DNA of 24,000 bases from Labrys monachus (GCF_030814655.1 NZ_JAUSVK010000001.1:417043-441042); one strand, 5' to 3'. Shown: positions 7,538 to 15,207, numbered from the stretch's first letter. Numbers and translations: made by a program. The notes: generated by a model from the sequence alone, not told the origin.

Positions 7538-8320
7538 ATGCAAGCCCAGTCCCAGTCTCAAGGCCAGAGCAAGGCGCCCGGTGCCGATGTCCCGGTCCTG
7601 TCGCTGCAGAACATCCACAAGGCCTTCGGCGGCATCATCGCGCTGGAGCGGGTCGACCTCGACATCCATGCCGGCGAGGTCGTGGCGCTGGTCGGCGACA
7701 ACGGCGCCGGCAAGTCGACGCTGGTCAAGATCATCGCCGGGGTGCAGCCCGCCACGCAGGGCCGCATCCTGATCGACGGCGCCGAGGTGGCGATGACCGA
7801 TCCCAGCGACTCCCAGGCTCTCGGCATCCAGGTCGTCTACCAGGACCTCGCCCTCGCCGACGCCCAGCCCGTCTACATGAACATGTTCCTCGGCAAGGAA
7901 CTCGTCACCGGGCCGCTGCGCCGCCTCGACCGCAAGCGCATGATCACCGAGACGGAAAGCCTGGTGAAGGAACTCGACGTCCGCATTCCCTCGGCAAGGG
8001 CGACGATCCGCGACCTCTCGGGCGGCCAGCGCCAGGGCATCGCCATCGCCCGCGCCACCCATTGGGCGACCAAGCTGGTACTGATGGACGAGCCGACGGC
8101 GGCGCTCGGCGTTGCGGAAACCGCCAAGGTCGAGAAGATCATCGCCGGCCTCAAGGCGCGCAATCTGCCGATCCTGATCGTCAGCCACAGCCTCGACCAG
8201 GTCTTCCGCCTGTCCGATCGCATCTGCGTGCTCCGGCGGGGCAGGCAGATCGGCGTCCGCGACACCCGCAGCACCGACAAGAACGAGATCGTCTCCATGA
8301 TCACGGGGTTGAGCACATGA
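7538..8320 (+). CDS. ABC transporter ATP-binding protein, single NBD (260 aa)
   Basis: A strong SD (AAGGAG) lies 6 nt upstream. Motifs present are Walker A GDNGAGKST, signature LSGGQRQ, Walker B LVLMDEPTAALG and H-loop VSHS. The single-domain size matches fructose-type (FrcA-like) CUT2 ATPases. Confidence 0.9.
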   Translation: MQAQSQSQGQSKAPGADVPVLSLQNIHKAFGGIIALERVDLDIHAGEVVALVGDNGAGKSTLVKIIAGVQPATQGRILIDGAEVAMTDPSDSQALGIQVVYQDLALADAQPVYMNMFLGKELVTGPLRRLDRKRMITETESLVKELDVRIPSARATIRDLSGGQRQGIAIARATHWATKLVLMDEPTAALGVAETAKVEKIIAGLKARNLPILIVSHSLDQVFRLSDRICVLRRGRQIGVRDTRSTDKNEIVSMITGLST

Positions 8321-9324
8321 GCGCGGGCACCGAAACCACCCTGATGGCGCTGGAGACGGCGGAGGCGCCGCAGGCCGTGGCGCGCATGCTGGACGCCAAT
8401 CGCGCGGCGCTCGCCGAATTCGGGCGGCTGTTCCGCGAGCGCCGGCCCTCGCATTTCGTCACCTGCGCCCGCGGCTCCTCCGACCATGCGGCGTCCTACT
8501 TCAAATATCTGGCCGAGATCATGCTCGGCGTGCCCTGCTGCTCGGTCGGTGCGTCCGTGGTCTCGATCTACGGCGCGAGGCTGCATCTGCGCGACACGCT
8601 GCTGGTGACGATTTCGCAATCCGGCCGGAGCCCGGACATCCTCGCCTTCCAAGCCGAGGCCAGGCGGGCGGGCGTGCCGACGGTGGCGATCACCAACGAC
8701 GCCGCCTCGCCGCTGGCGGCCGACGCCGATGTCTGCCTGCCGCTGATGGCGGGGCCGGAATTGAGCGTCGCGGCGACCAAGACCTTCATCACCTCCGCCG
8801 CGATGGCCGCGGCGCTGGTCGGCGCCTGCGGCAGCGATGCGGGCTTCAGCGAGGCCCTGGCCCGCCTGCCGGAGGATCTCGCCGCGGCGCAGGCCCTGCG
8901 CTGGACCGCCGTCGAGGACAGGGTGCCGCAGGCGCGATCGCTCTATGTGCTCGGGCGCGGCCCCTCGCTGCCGATGGCCCAGGAAGCGGCGCTGAAGCTG
9001 AAGGAGACCAGCGGCCTGCATGCCGAAGCCTTTTCGGCCGCCGAAGTCATGCACGGGCCGATGGAACTGGTCGAGGAGGGCTTTCCCGTCCTCGTCTTCG
9101 CGGCGCGCGACGCGGCGGCTGCCACGACGGCCGAGAGCGTCGAGCGGCTCAGCCGGGCCGGGGCCCATATCCTCCAGCCCGACTTCCGGCCCGCCGGCCA
9201 TCCGGCGCTCGATCCGCTCAGCATGATCCAGACCTTCTACGGCAGCGCCGAGCGCATCGCCCGCCGGCGTGGCCGCAATCCCGACAAGCCGCGGCTTTTG
9301 CAGAAGGTGACGGAGACGCGGTAG
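8317..9324 (+). CDS. Double-SIS-domain protein (GlmS-isomerase / NagB-II / FrlB-like sugar-phosphate deaminase or deglycase, 335 aa)
   Basis: ATG 8317 overlaps the ATPase stop (ATGA 8317-8320). The first SIS domain shows CARGSSDHAASY and TISQSGRSPD. The second shows GRGPSLPMAQEAALKLKETSGLHAEAFSAAEVMHGP. The ORF-track start at 8062 lies inside the ATPase gene. Confidence 0.85.
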   Translation: MSAGTETTLMALETAEAPQAVARMLDANRAALAEFGRLFRERRPSHFVTCARGSSDHAASYFKYLAEIMLGVPCCSVGASVVSIYGARLHLRDTLLVTISQSGRSPDILAFQAEARRAGVPTVAITNDAASPLAADADVCLPLMAGPELSVAATKTFITSAAMAAALVGACGSDAGFSEALARLPEDLAAAQALRWTAVEDRVPQARSLYVLGRGPSLPMAQEAALKLKETSGLHAEAFSAAEVMHGPMELVEEGFPVLVFAARDAAAATTAESVERLSRAGAHILQPDFRPAGHPALDPLSMIQTFYGSAERIARRRGRNPDKPRLLQKVTETR

Positions 9325-9444
9325 GGCCGGCACAGCACCCTGTCCGGGAGGGGAGGGTGACGTGGCGCCAGAAATCCACGCTTCTACGATCCAGATCGTG
9401 GAGCCGTGCGGTAACGGCCGACCGAAAGCCATTATGAGGCGCAT

Positions 9445-9593
9445 CCCACCCTCCCCTGGAGGGGGAGGGTCGACGCGCAGCGTCGGGGTGGGGTGACCCC
9501 GCCTCGCTGGAAAGGATTGTTTTCAAGCATGACCTGCGTATTCCACTCCGCCCCGGCCCTTCAGGCCGACCCTCCCCCTCCAGGGGAGGGTGG
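9445..9593. repeat. Type A REPIN/MITE-like element, copy 1
   Basis: The ~45-bp imperfect terminal inverted repeats are cccaccctcccctggagggggagggtcgacgcgcagcgtcggggtgggg and ccgccccggcccttcaggccgaccctccccctccaggggagggtgg. Each terminus folds on itself (CCCTCCCC-TGGA-GGGGGAGGG). Confidence 0.7.
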
Positions 9594-9674
9594 AGTGGTG
9601 CCGGAAAGCCACGCTTCTGGGATCCAAATCTTGGATCTGGGCAGTGACCGTCGACCGAAAGCCCATATGAGGCG

Positions 9675-9820
9675 CCCACCCTCCCCTGGAGGGGGGGTCG
9701 ACGCGCAGCGTCGGGGTGGGGTGACCCCGCCTCGCTGGAAAGGATTGTTTTCAAGCACGACCTGCGTTTCGCACCCCACCCCGGCCTTTCAGGCCGACCC
9801 TCCCCCTCCAGGGGAGGGAG
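9675..9820. repeat. Type A REPIN/MITE-like element, copy 2
   Basis: It is near-identical to copy 1, with a 2-nt deletion in the left hairpin and several substitutions near the right arm. Its right terminus overlaps the 3' end of argP. Confidence 0.7.
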
Positions 9821-10700
9821 GGGCGGCCAGCCGGGTCCGTGCCGTCCGTACGATCGAGGCGGTGATGTCTTTCAGCGCGCCTTCCACCGCCCGGCTCCAA
9901 TGCCAGAACAGCGGGACCAGCAGGGGCCGGCCCGGCACCAGCGCGACCAGCCGGCCCGCCGCCAGATGCGGTTCGACCAGCGAGGCGGGGTTCATGCCCC
10001 AGCCGATGCCGGCGAGCGCCGCGTCGACGAAGCCGTGCGAGGACGGGATCCAGTGGCTGGGCCGGGGCAAAGACTGCCCGAAGGTCTCGGCGAGCCAGCG
10101 GTCCTGCAATTCGTCGCTGGTGTTGAAGGTGATGCTTGGGGCGGCCCGCAGGGCGTCTTCGCCGACGCCGCCGGCGAACCAGCGCCGCATGAAGGCCGGG
10201 CTCGCCGTGGCGATGTAGGTCTGCGCGCCCAGGGACCGGCTGCCGCAGCCGCGGACGGGTCCGGGCGCAGTGCTGACGGCCGCGCTGACCTCGCCGCGCC
10301 GCAGCCATTCGGCCGTGTTGCTCTCGTCGTCGATGACGAGGTCGAACAGCCGTTCCTCGATGCCGGCGAGGGCCGGGACGAACCAGGTGGCGAGGCTGTC
10401 GGCGTTGACGGCGATGCGGATGGTCGGCGCCCGCCCGGCCGGGATCACCGGGCCGAGATCGGCGCGCAGGCTGAGTTCCATCAACCCGATCTCCTCGACA
10501 TGCCGGCACAGGCGCTTGCCGGCGGCGGTCGCCGTGCAGGGCTGGCCGCGCACGATCAGGCTGGTGCCGAGCCGCTCCTCGAGCAGCTTCACCCGCTGCG
10601 AGATCGCGGACGGCGTCACGCCGATTTCCCGCGCCGCCTTGTCGAAGCTGCCGGTGCGCACGACGCGGGCCATGGCGTCCATGAGGGCATAGTCGAGCAT
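9789..10700 (-). CDS. argP: LysR-family transcriptional regulator, ArgP/LysG-like (303 aa)
   Basis: ATG start at 10700. The HTH is FDKAAREIGVTPSAISQRVKLLEERLG. It is ~300 aa and divergently paired with a LysE/ArgO exporter, the classic ArgP-ArgO / LysG-LysE arrangement. The last ~10 codons (AAPPSPGGGGSA) and the stop lie inside repeat copy 2. Confidence 0.85.
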   Translation of the reverse strand: MLDYALMDAMARVVRTGSFDKAAREIGVTPSAISQRVKLLEERLGTSLIVRGQPCTATAAGKRLCRHVEEIGLMELSLRADLGPVIPAGRAPTIRIAVNADSLATWFVPALAGIEERLFDLVIDDESNTAEWLRRGEVSAAVSTAPGPVRGCGSRSLGAQTYIATASPAFMRRWFAGGVGEDALRAAPSITFNTSDELQDRWLAETFGQSLPRPSHWIPSSHGFVDAALAGIGWGMNPASLVEPHLAAGRLVALVPGRPLLVPLFWHWSRAVEGALKDITASIVRTARTRLAAPPSPGGGGSA

Positions 10701-10703
10701 GGA

Positions 10704-10716
10704 TTAGTTTTTCTAA
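10704..10716. promoter_or_regulatory. LysR-type T-N11-A box (TTAG-N5-CTAA) in the AT-rich argP/argO divergent intergenic region
   Basis: TTAGtttttCTAA lies at 10704-10716. A second tttctaat copy lies at ~10738-10746. The 91-bp intergenic region is conspicuously AT-rich compared with its surroundings. Confidence 0.4.
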
Positions 10717-10791
10717 ATCACGATTAAATTATATCAATTTTCTAATTGTTGGGATGCGGCTAGTCAAATCGCTCTCCACAGGGATGTCGCC

Positions 10792-11391
10792 ATGACCACG
10801 GCTCTGCTCTCCGGATTTCTGCTCGGTCTCAGCCTCATCGTGGCGATCGGCGCGCAGAACGCTTTCGTTCTGCGCCAGGGGCTGCGGCGCGAACACGTCT
10901 TCGCCGTCTGCCTCGCCTGCGCCCTGTCGGATGCCGTCCTGATCACCGCGGGCGTAGCGGGCTTCAGCGTCGTCGGTGCCGAATTGCCCTGGCTCGAACC
11001 GGCGATGCGCTATGGCGGGGCGGTCTTCCTCATCGCCTACGGGCTGCGCAGCTTCCGCGCGGCGCTGCTCGACACCGGGACGCTCGCCCCCTCGGCCATC
11101 GACAGCCCGGGCCTGGCGCGGACGCTGACCACCTGCCTCGCCTTCACCTGGCTCAATCCGCATGTCTATCTCGACACCGTCATGCTGCTCGGGTCGATCT
11201 CGACGCAATATGAGGGCGACAAGGCGGCCTTCGGCATCGGAGCCGGCATGGCCTCCTTCCTGTTCTTCTTTTCGCTCGGCTACGGCGCGCGGCTCCTGCG
11301 GCCGCTTTTCGCCCGGCCCGGTTCCTGGCGCGTGCTCGACGCCTCCGTCGGCATGACGATGTGCGGGCTGGCGCTGAAGCTGGTGGTGTAG
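10792..11391 (+). CDS. argO: LysE/ArgO-family basic amino-acid exporter (199 aa)
   Basis: The N-terminus (GFLLGLSLIVAIGAQNAFVLRQGLRREHVFAVCLACALSDAVLITAG) matches the LysE/ArgO signature (G-x-Q-N-x-F-V-x-x-Q-G...SD). It has about 5-6 hydrophobic segments and is divergent from argP. I cannot tell from sequence whether it exports lysine or arginine. Confidence 0.8.
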   Translation: MTTALLSGFLLGLSLIVAIGAQNAFVLRQGLRREHVFAVCLACALSDAVLITAGVAGFSVVGAELPWLEPAMRYGGAVFLIAYGLRSFRAALLDTGTLAPSAIDSPGLARTLTTCLAFTWLNPHVYLDTVMLLGSISTQYEGDKAAFGIGAGMASFLFFFSLGYGARLLRPLFARPGSWRVLDASVGMTMCGLALKLVV

Positions 11392-11395
11392 AACC

Positions 11396-11601
11396 CTTCC
11401 CCGGGACCGCAGGCTTTCAGGCTGCTTCTTGCCCCATACGCCAACCCAGGCCCCGACTGGAGGGTCGATCACCGATCGACCTCTTCCTTTCCTGCAAGCT
11501 CGGTGTTGCCAAGAAGGGCGATCGGGTGATCGCCCCTCCAAAGTCACGCCTTGCCTGGCAGAGCCAGCGCATGGGAGTTCGAAACCTGCTGTCCCGGGAA
11601 G
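11396..11601. repeat. ~205-bp long imperfect palindromic element (type D) between convergent argO and kdpE
   Basis: The outer arms are cttccccgggaccgcagg (11396-11413) and cctgctgtcccgggaag (11585-11601). The inner arms are ggagggtcgatcaccgatcg (11459-11478) and cgatcgggtgatcgcccctcc (11519-11539). It probably also acts as a bidirectional terminator. Confidence 0.5.
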
Positions 11602-11621
11602 ACCATGCCTTCCGAAGAGCG

Positions 11622-12302
11622 TTACGCCTCGTCCCGGATCCTGTAGCCGATGCCGGGCTCCGTCTGGATGATCCTGGGGTTGGCGGGGTCGCGTTCGATC
11701 TTGGCCCGCAACTGGCCGATGAAGACCCGGAGGTAATGCAGGTCGTCGCCATGCGCCGTGCCCCATACCGAGGTCAGCAGATGGCGATGGGTGACGACGC
11801 GGCCGGCATGGCGCACCAACATGGCGAGGAGGTCGTATTCCTTCGGGGTCACCCGGATCGGCTCGCCGTCGCGGGTGACCAGGCGCTTCAGCGTGTCGAT
11901 GACGAGGCCGTCGGTTTCGAAGCGCGTCGAGGCCCCGGCGTCCTGCGCCTTGTGGCGCAAGGCGTTGCGGATGCGGGCGATGAGCTCGCCGATGCCGAAG
12001 GGCTTCTCGACATAGTCGTCCGCGCCGAGGTCGAGCGCGGCGATCTTCTCCGTCTCGCGGTCGCGCGCCGACAGCACGATGATCGGCACCTTCGACCATT
12101 CCCGCACCTTGGCGATGATCTCCTTGCCGTCCATGTCCGGAAGGCCGAGATCGAGGATGACGACATCGGGCGCCGCCGTGGCGATCAGGCGCATGGCATC
12201 GGCGCCGTTGGCGGCGTCGGCGACCTCGTAGCCCGCGGCGGTGAGGGCCGGCTTGAGGAAGCGTTGGATCTGCGGCTCGTCGTCGACAACCAGGATGCGC
12301 AT
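11622..12302 (-). CDS. kdpE: KdpE, OmpR-family response regulator (226 aa)
   Basis: I prefer ATG 12302 (MRILVVDDEPQI...) over the upstream TTG at 12362 given in the ORF track. The receiver motifs are DD, VILDLGLPDMDG, SAR and D..DDY..KPF. The C-terminal winged helix is LT.KEYDLL..L. It lies immediately downstream of kdpD. Confidence 0.9.
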   Translation of the reverse strand: MRILVVDDEPQIQRFLKPALTAAGYEVADAANGADAMRLIATAAPDVVILDLGLPDMDGKEIIAKVREWSKVPIIVLSARDRETEKIAALDLGADDYVEKPFGIGELIARIRNALRHKAQDAGASTRFETDGLVIDTLKRLVTRDGEPIRVTPKEYDLLAMLVRHAGRVVTHRHLLTSVWGTAHGDDLHYLRVFIGQLRAKIERDPANPRIIQTEPGIGYRIRDEA

Positions 12303-12384
12303 CGGGTCGGGATCGGCTTTGAAAGAGGAGAGGCGATGCCTCGTAGCCGACGCATACAGCAAGATACCGCTCTCCCGAAGCGTC

Positions 12385-15063
12385 TTACGCGGCGATGGGC
12401 AGGCGGATGACGATGCGCGTCCCGCGCTTGCGGACGGCCGGGCTTTCCGCGACGATGGTGCCGCCCATCGCCTCGACGAAGCCGCGGCAGATCGACAGGC
12501 CGAGCCCGGTGCCGGCGGCGCGTCCGTCCACCTTGCCGCGGCGGTAGAATTTGTCGAAGATGCGTTCTAGATCGGCCGGCGGGATGCCCTTGCCCTGGTC
12601 GATGACCGAGATCAGCACCTCGCCGCCTTCGCGCCGCGCATAGATCGCGGTCGGCGTGTCGGCGGCGCCATATTTATGCGCATTGTCGATCAGGTTGAAC
12701 AGCACCTGTCCGAGCAGGGCGCTGTCGCCGCGCACGGGCGGCAGGTCCGGTGCGATGCTGACGTCGATGGCACGGTCGGGAAAGGCCTTGCGCGCGCGGT
12801 CGGCCGCCGCGCGGACGACGTCGGCGATGTCGACCCAGTCCCGCCGCGCGTTGAGCGCCCCCGCCTCGATGCGCGTCATGTCCAAGAGATTCGAGACGAA
12901 GCGCGACAGCCGCGCCGCCTCCTCCTCGATGGAGGCCAGGAGGTCGTCGCGGCTCGCCGCGCTCATGCGCTCGCCCAATTGCCGCAGGCTGGTGACCGCG
13001 CCGGTGATCGAGGCGAGCGGCGTGCGCAAATCGTGCGAGATCGAGGAGAACAGCGCGCTGCGCAATTTCTCGCTCTCCTCGAGGGCAGCGGTGCGGGCGC
13101 TGTCGCGGGCGAGGCGGGCGCGGTCGACGGCGATGGCCGTCTGGTCGAGGATGGCGACGAGAATGCGGTCCTCGGTCGGCGTCAGGCCGGGCCCACCTTC
13201 CGGCCGCTCGAAGCCGAAGACGCCGACGGCGCCGTGCGGCGTGAGGAGGGGGCGGTACTGGAAAGCGAGGTTGGGCAGCGTGCCCGTGCCCCTGCCGGCA
13301 TTCTCCCTCTTCTCGAAGGCCCAGCGCAGGGCGGTCATGTCGGTGGTGTCGAGCGCGATGTCGGGCGGCCATGCCGCGGTCACGGTGAGTTCGTCCTCGA
13401 TCGGCACGGCGAGGATCACGCGTCCGCCGAGCGTCGCCTGGGCATGGGCCGCGGCGGCCCACAGCACGTCGTCCACGCTGGTGATGCCGGAGAGCTTGCG
13501 GGAGAACTCGTAGAGCGCCTGGGTGCTGGCGGCCCGCCGGCCGGCTCCCTCCGCCCGGTCGCGCACGCGACCGGCGAGATCGCCGGTGGTGACGGCGACG
13601 ATGAGGAAGATGACGAGCGCGAACAGCTCGTGCGGCTCGGCGATGGTGAAGGTGTAGACCGGCGCGATGAAGAAGAAATTATAGGTGAAGAAGGAGAGGA
13701 TGGCGGCGGCAATCGCGGCGGTGCGTCCGATCGTCAGCGCGCAGAGCAGCACCGCCATCAGGAACAGCATGGAGACGTTGGGCAGGGGCACGAAGTGCTG
13801 CAGGCCCAACCCGATGGCGACGGCGGCGGCGACGGAGCCGACGGCGAGCGCGCCGGCCTTGGCCATGGGCAGCAGCGCCAGGCGCGGCCGCCTGCCGGGG
13901 GTCGGCGGGGGCTCGGTATCCTCGCTCGTCACCACATAGATGCCGATGTCGCTGGAGCGGCGCAGCAGGGCGTCGGGCAGGGAGCGGCCGGCGATGCGCC
14001 GCCACCAGCCGGCTTCGCCGCGGCCGAGCACGATCTGGGTGGCATTCTCGCGGCGGGCCAGGCGCAGGATCTCGCCGACATAGTCGTGCCCGCTGACGCG
14101 CCGCGTCTCGGCGCCGAGCCGCTCGGCGAGCAGGAAGGTCTGGTCGAGCCGATGCATGGCGACGGGGTCGGCGATGTCCTGGCCCGGACGCTCGATCGTC
14201 ACCACCAGCCAATGGGCGTTGAGGCCGTTGGCGAGCCGGCCGGCGGTGCGCACCACCTTTTCCGACAGCGCGTCGGTGCCGATGCAGACCAGCAGGCGGT
14301 CCGCCGTCTCCCACGGTCCCTCGATGGCGTTCTGGCGCAGATAGTCGATCATCTGATCGTCCACCCGGTCGGTGGTGCGGCGGAGCGCCAGTTCGCGCAG
14401 CGCGGTGAGATTGCCGGGCTTGAAGAAGCCTTCGGTGGCCCGCCGGGCGTTCTCGGGCAGATAGACCTTGCCGGCTTCCAGGCGCTGGATCAGCTCGGTC
14501 GGCGTGATGTCGACGACGATGACCTCGTCGGCCTTCTTGAGCACGCTGTCCGGCACGCTCTCGCGCACGGTGACGCCGGTGATGCGCGAGACGACGTCGA
14601 CCAGGCTTTCGAGATGCTGGATGTTGACGGCCGTCCAGACGTCGATGCCGGCGCCGATCAGTTCCTCGACGTCCTGGTAGCGTTTGGGATGGCGGCTGTC
14701 AGGCGCATTGCTGTGGGCGAGTTCGTCGACGACGATGAGCCTGGGACGGCGGGCGAGCGCCGCATCGATGTCGAACTCCTCGAGCGCCCGGCCGCGATAG
14801 TCGATCCGGCGGCGGGGCAGCACTTCGAGTCCCTCGATCAGGGCCGCCGTCTCGGCGCGGCCGTGGGTCTCGGCGATACCGATGACGACGTCGACGCCCG
14901 CATCGCGCTCGCGGCGCGCCCGCGACAGCATCGCATAGGTCTTGCCGACGCCGGGGGCGGCCCCGAGAAAGACGGTGAGGCGCCCGCGGCCCTCCCGGCC
15001 TGCGAGCGCCAGCAACGCATTCGGATCGGGACGGGCATCGGTGTCGCGCGCGGGAAGGGGCAT
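12385..15063 (-). CDS. kdpD: KdpD, sensor histidine kinase (892 aa from ATG 15063)
   Basis: The N-terminal KdpD domain has RPDPNALL and the Walker-like GAAPGVGKTY. It also has a Usp-like region, four hydrophobic helices, H-box SHDLRTPL, and the N and G boxes (NLIDNAHKY, GTGLGLSIC). The ORF-track start at 15096 is a TTG lying inside a hairpin. Confidence 0.9.
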   Translation of the reverse strand: MPLPARDTDARPDPNALLALAGREGRGRLTVFLGAAPGVGKTYAMLSRARRERDAGVDVVIGIAETHGRAETAALIEGLEVLPRRRIDYRGRALEEFDIDAALARRPRLIVVDELAHSNAPDSRHPKRYQDVEELIGAGIDVWTAVNIQHLESLVDVVSRITGVTVRESVPDSVLKKADEVIVVDITPTELIQRLEAGKVYLPENARRATEGFFKPGNLTALRELALRRTTDRVDDQMIDYLRQNAIEGPWETADRLLVCIGTDALSEKVVRTAGRLANGLNAHWLVVTIERPGQDIADPVAMHRLDQTFLLAERLGAETRRVSGHDYVGEILRLARRENATQIVLGRGEAGWWRRIAGRSLPDALLRRSSDIGIYVVTSEDTEPPPTPGRRPRLALLPMAKAGALAVGSVAAAVAIGLGLQHFVPLPNVSMLFLMAVLLCALTIGRTAAIAAAILSFFTYNFFFIAPVYTFTIAEPHELFALVIFLIVAVTTGDLAGRVRDRAEGAGRRAASTQALYEFSRKLSGITSVDDVLWAAAAHAQATLGGRVILAVPIEDELTVTAAWPPDIALDTTDMTALRWAFEKRENAGRGTGTLPNLAFQYRPLLTPHGAVGVFGFERPEGGPGLTPTEDRILVAILDQTAIAVDRARLARDSARTAALEESEKLRSALFSSISHDLRTPLASITGAVTSLRQLGERMSAASRDDLLASIEEEAARLSRFVSNLLDMTRIEAGALNARRDWVDIADVVRAAADRARKAFPDRAIDVSIAPDLPPVRGDSALLGQVLFNLIDNAHKYGAADTPTAIYARREGGEVLISVIDQGKGIPPADLERIFDKFYRRGKVDGRAAGTGLGLSICRGFVEAMGGTIVAESPAVRKRGTRIVIRLPIAA

Positions 15064-15207
15064 GCGGTCCTGCAAGACGAAAGCGTCATCCCGCAAGCGG
15101 CGCGAAGCGCCTCGGCACGCATGCGGGATCGATTGAAGGCCGGCTCGTCAGGCGTTCGGAGGCCGCGAGGCGGCGCTTGGTGCCGCTCCGCGTCCCGCCT
15201 GTTTGTC

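Larger units (their letters stand above)
9344..9820. repeat. Tandem array: a terminal remnant plus two ~230-bp units, each a spacer followed by a type A nested-palindrome element
   Basis: The remnant ccgggaggggagggtg lies at 9344-9359. Unit starts at 9445 and 9675 give a 230-bp period. The intervening spacers (9360-9444 and 9594-9674) are themselves homologous, for example ccacgcttct and ccgaccgaaagcc. Confidence 0.7.

Noticed and set aside
7181-9444. ORFs 7181..8188 (-) and 7873..9444 (-), antisense to the ATPase and SIS genes.
   Set aside because: They have no motifs and are low in complexity. They lie opposite genes that carry Walker and SIS signatures.
9344-9820. A CRISPR-like appearance: a repeated unit separated by ~85-bp intervals.
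   Set aside because: There are only about 2.1 units, and the repeats are ~150 bp long, far longer than CRISPR repeats. The spacers are homologous to each other, so this is a tandem duplication. No cas genes or leader are present in the window.
9493-10218. A 241-aa plus-strand ORF running through both type A repeat copies and into the antisense strand of argP.
   Set aside because: The protein is simply the repeats translated twice (PPRWKGLFSS...ADPPPPGEGG occurs twice) and then continues antisense to argP.
11572-11597. tRNA T-loop-like strings: GAGTTCGAAACC here and GGGTTCGATTGCG at ~20338-20352.
   Set aside because: The flanking bases do not form a T-stem, and I could not build an acceptor or anticodon arm. 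No tRNA is supported.
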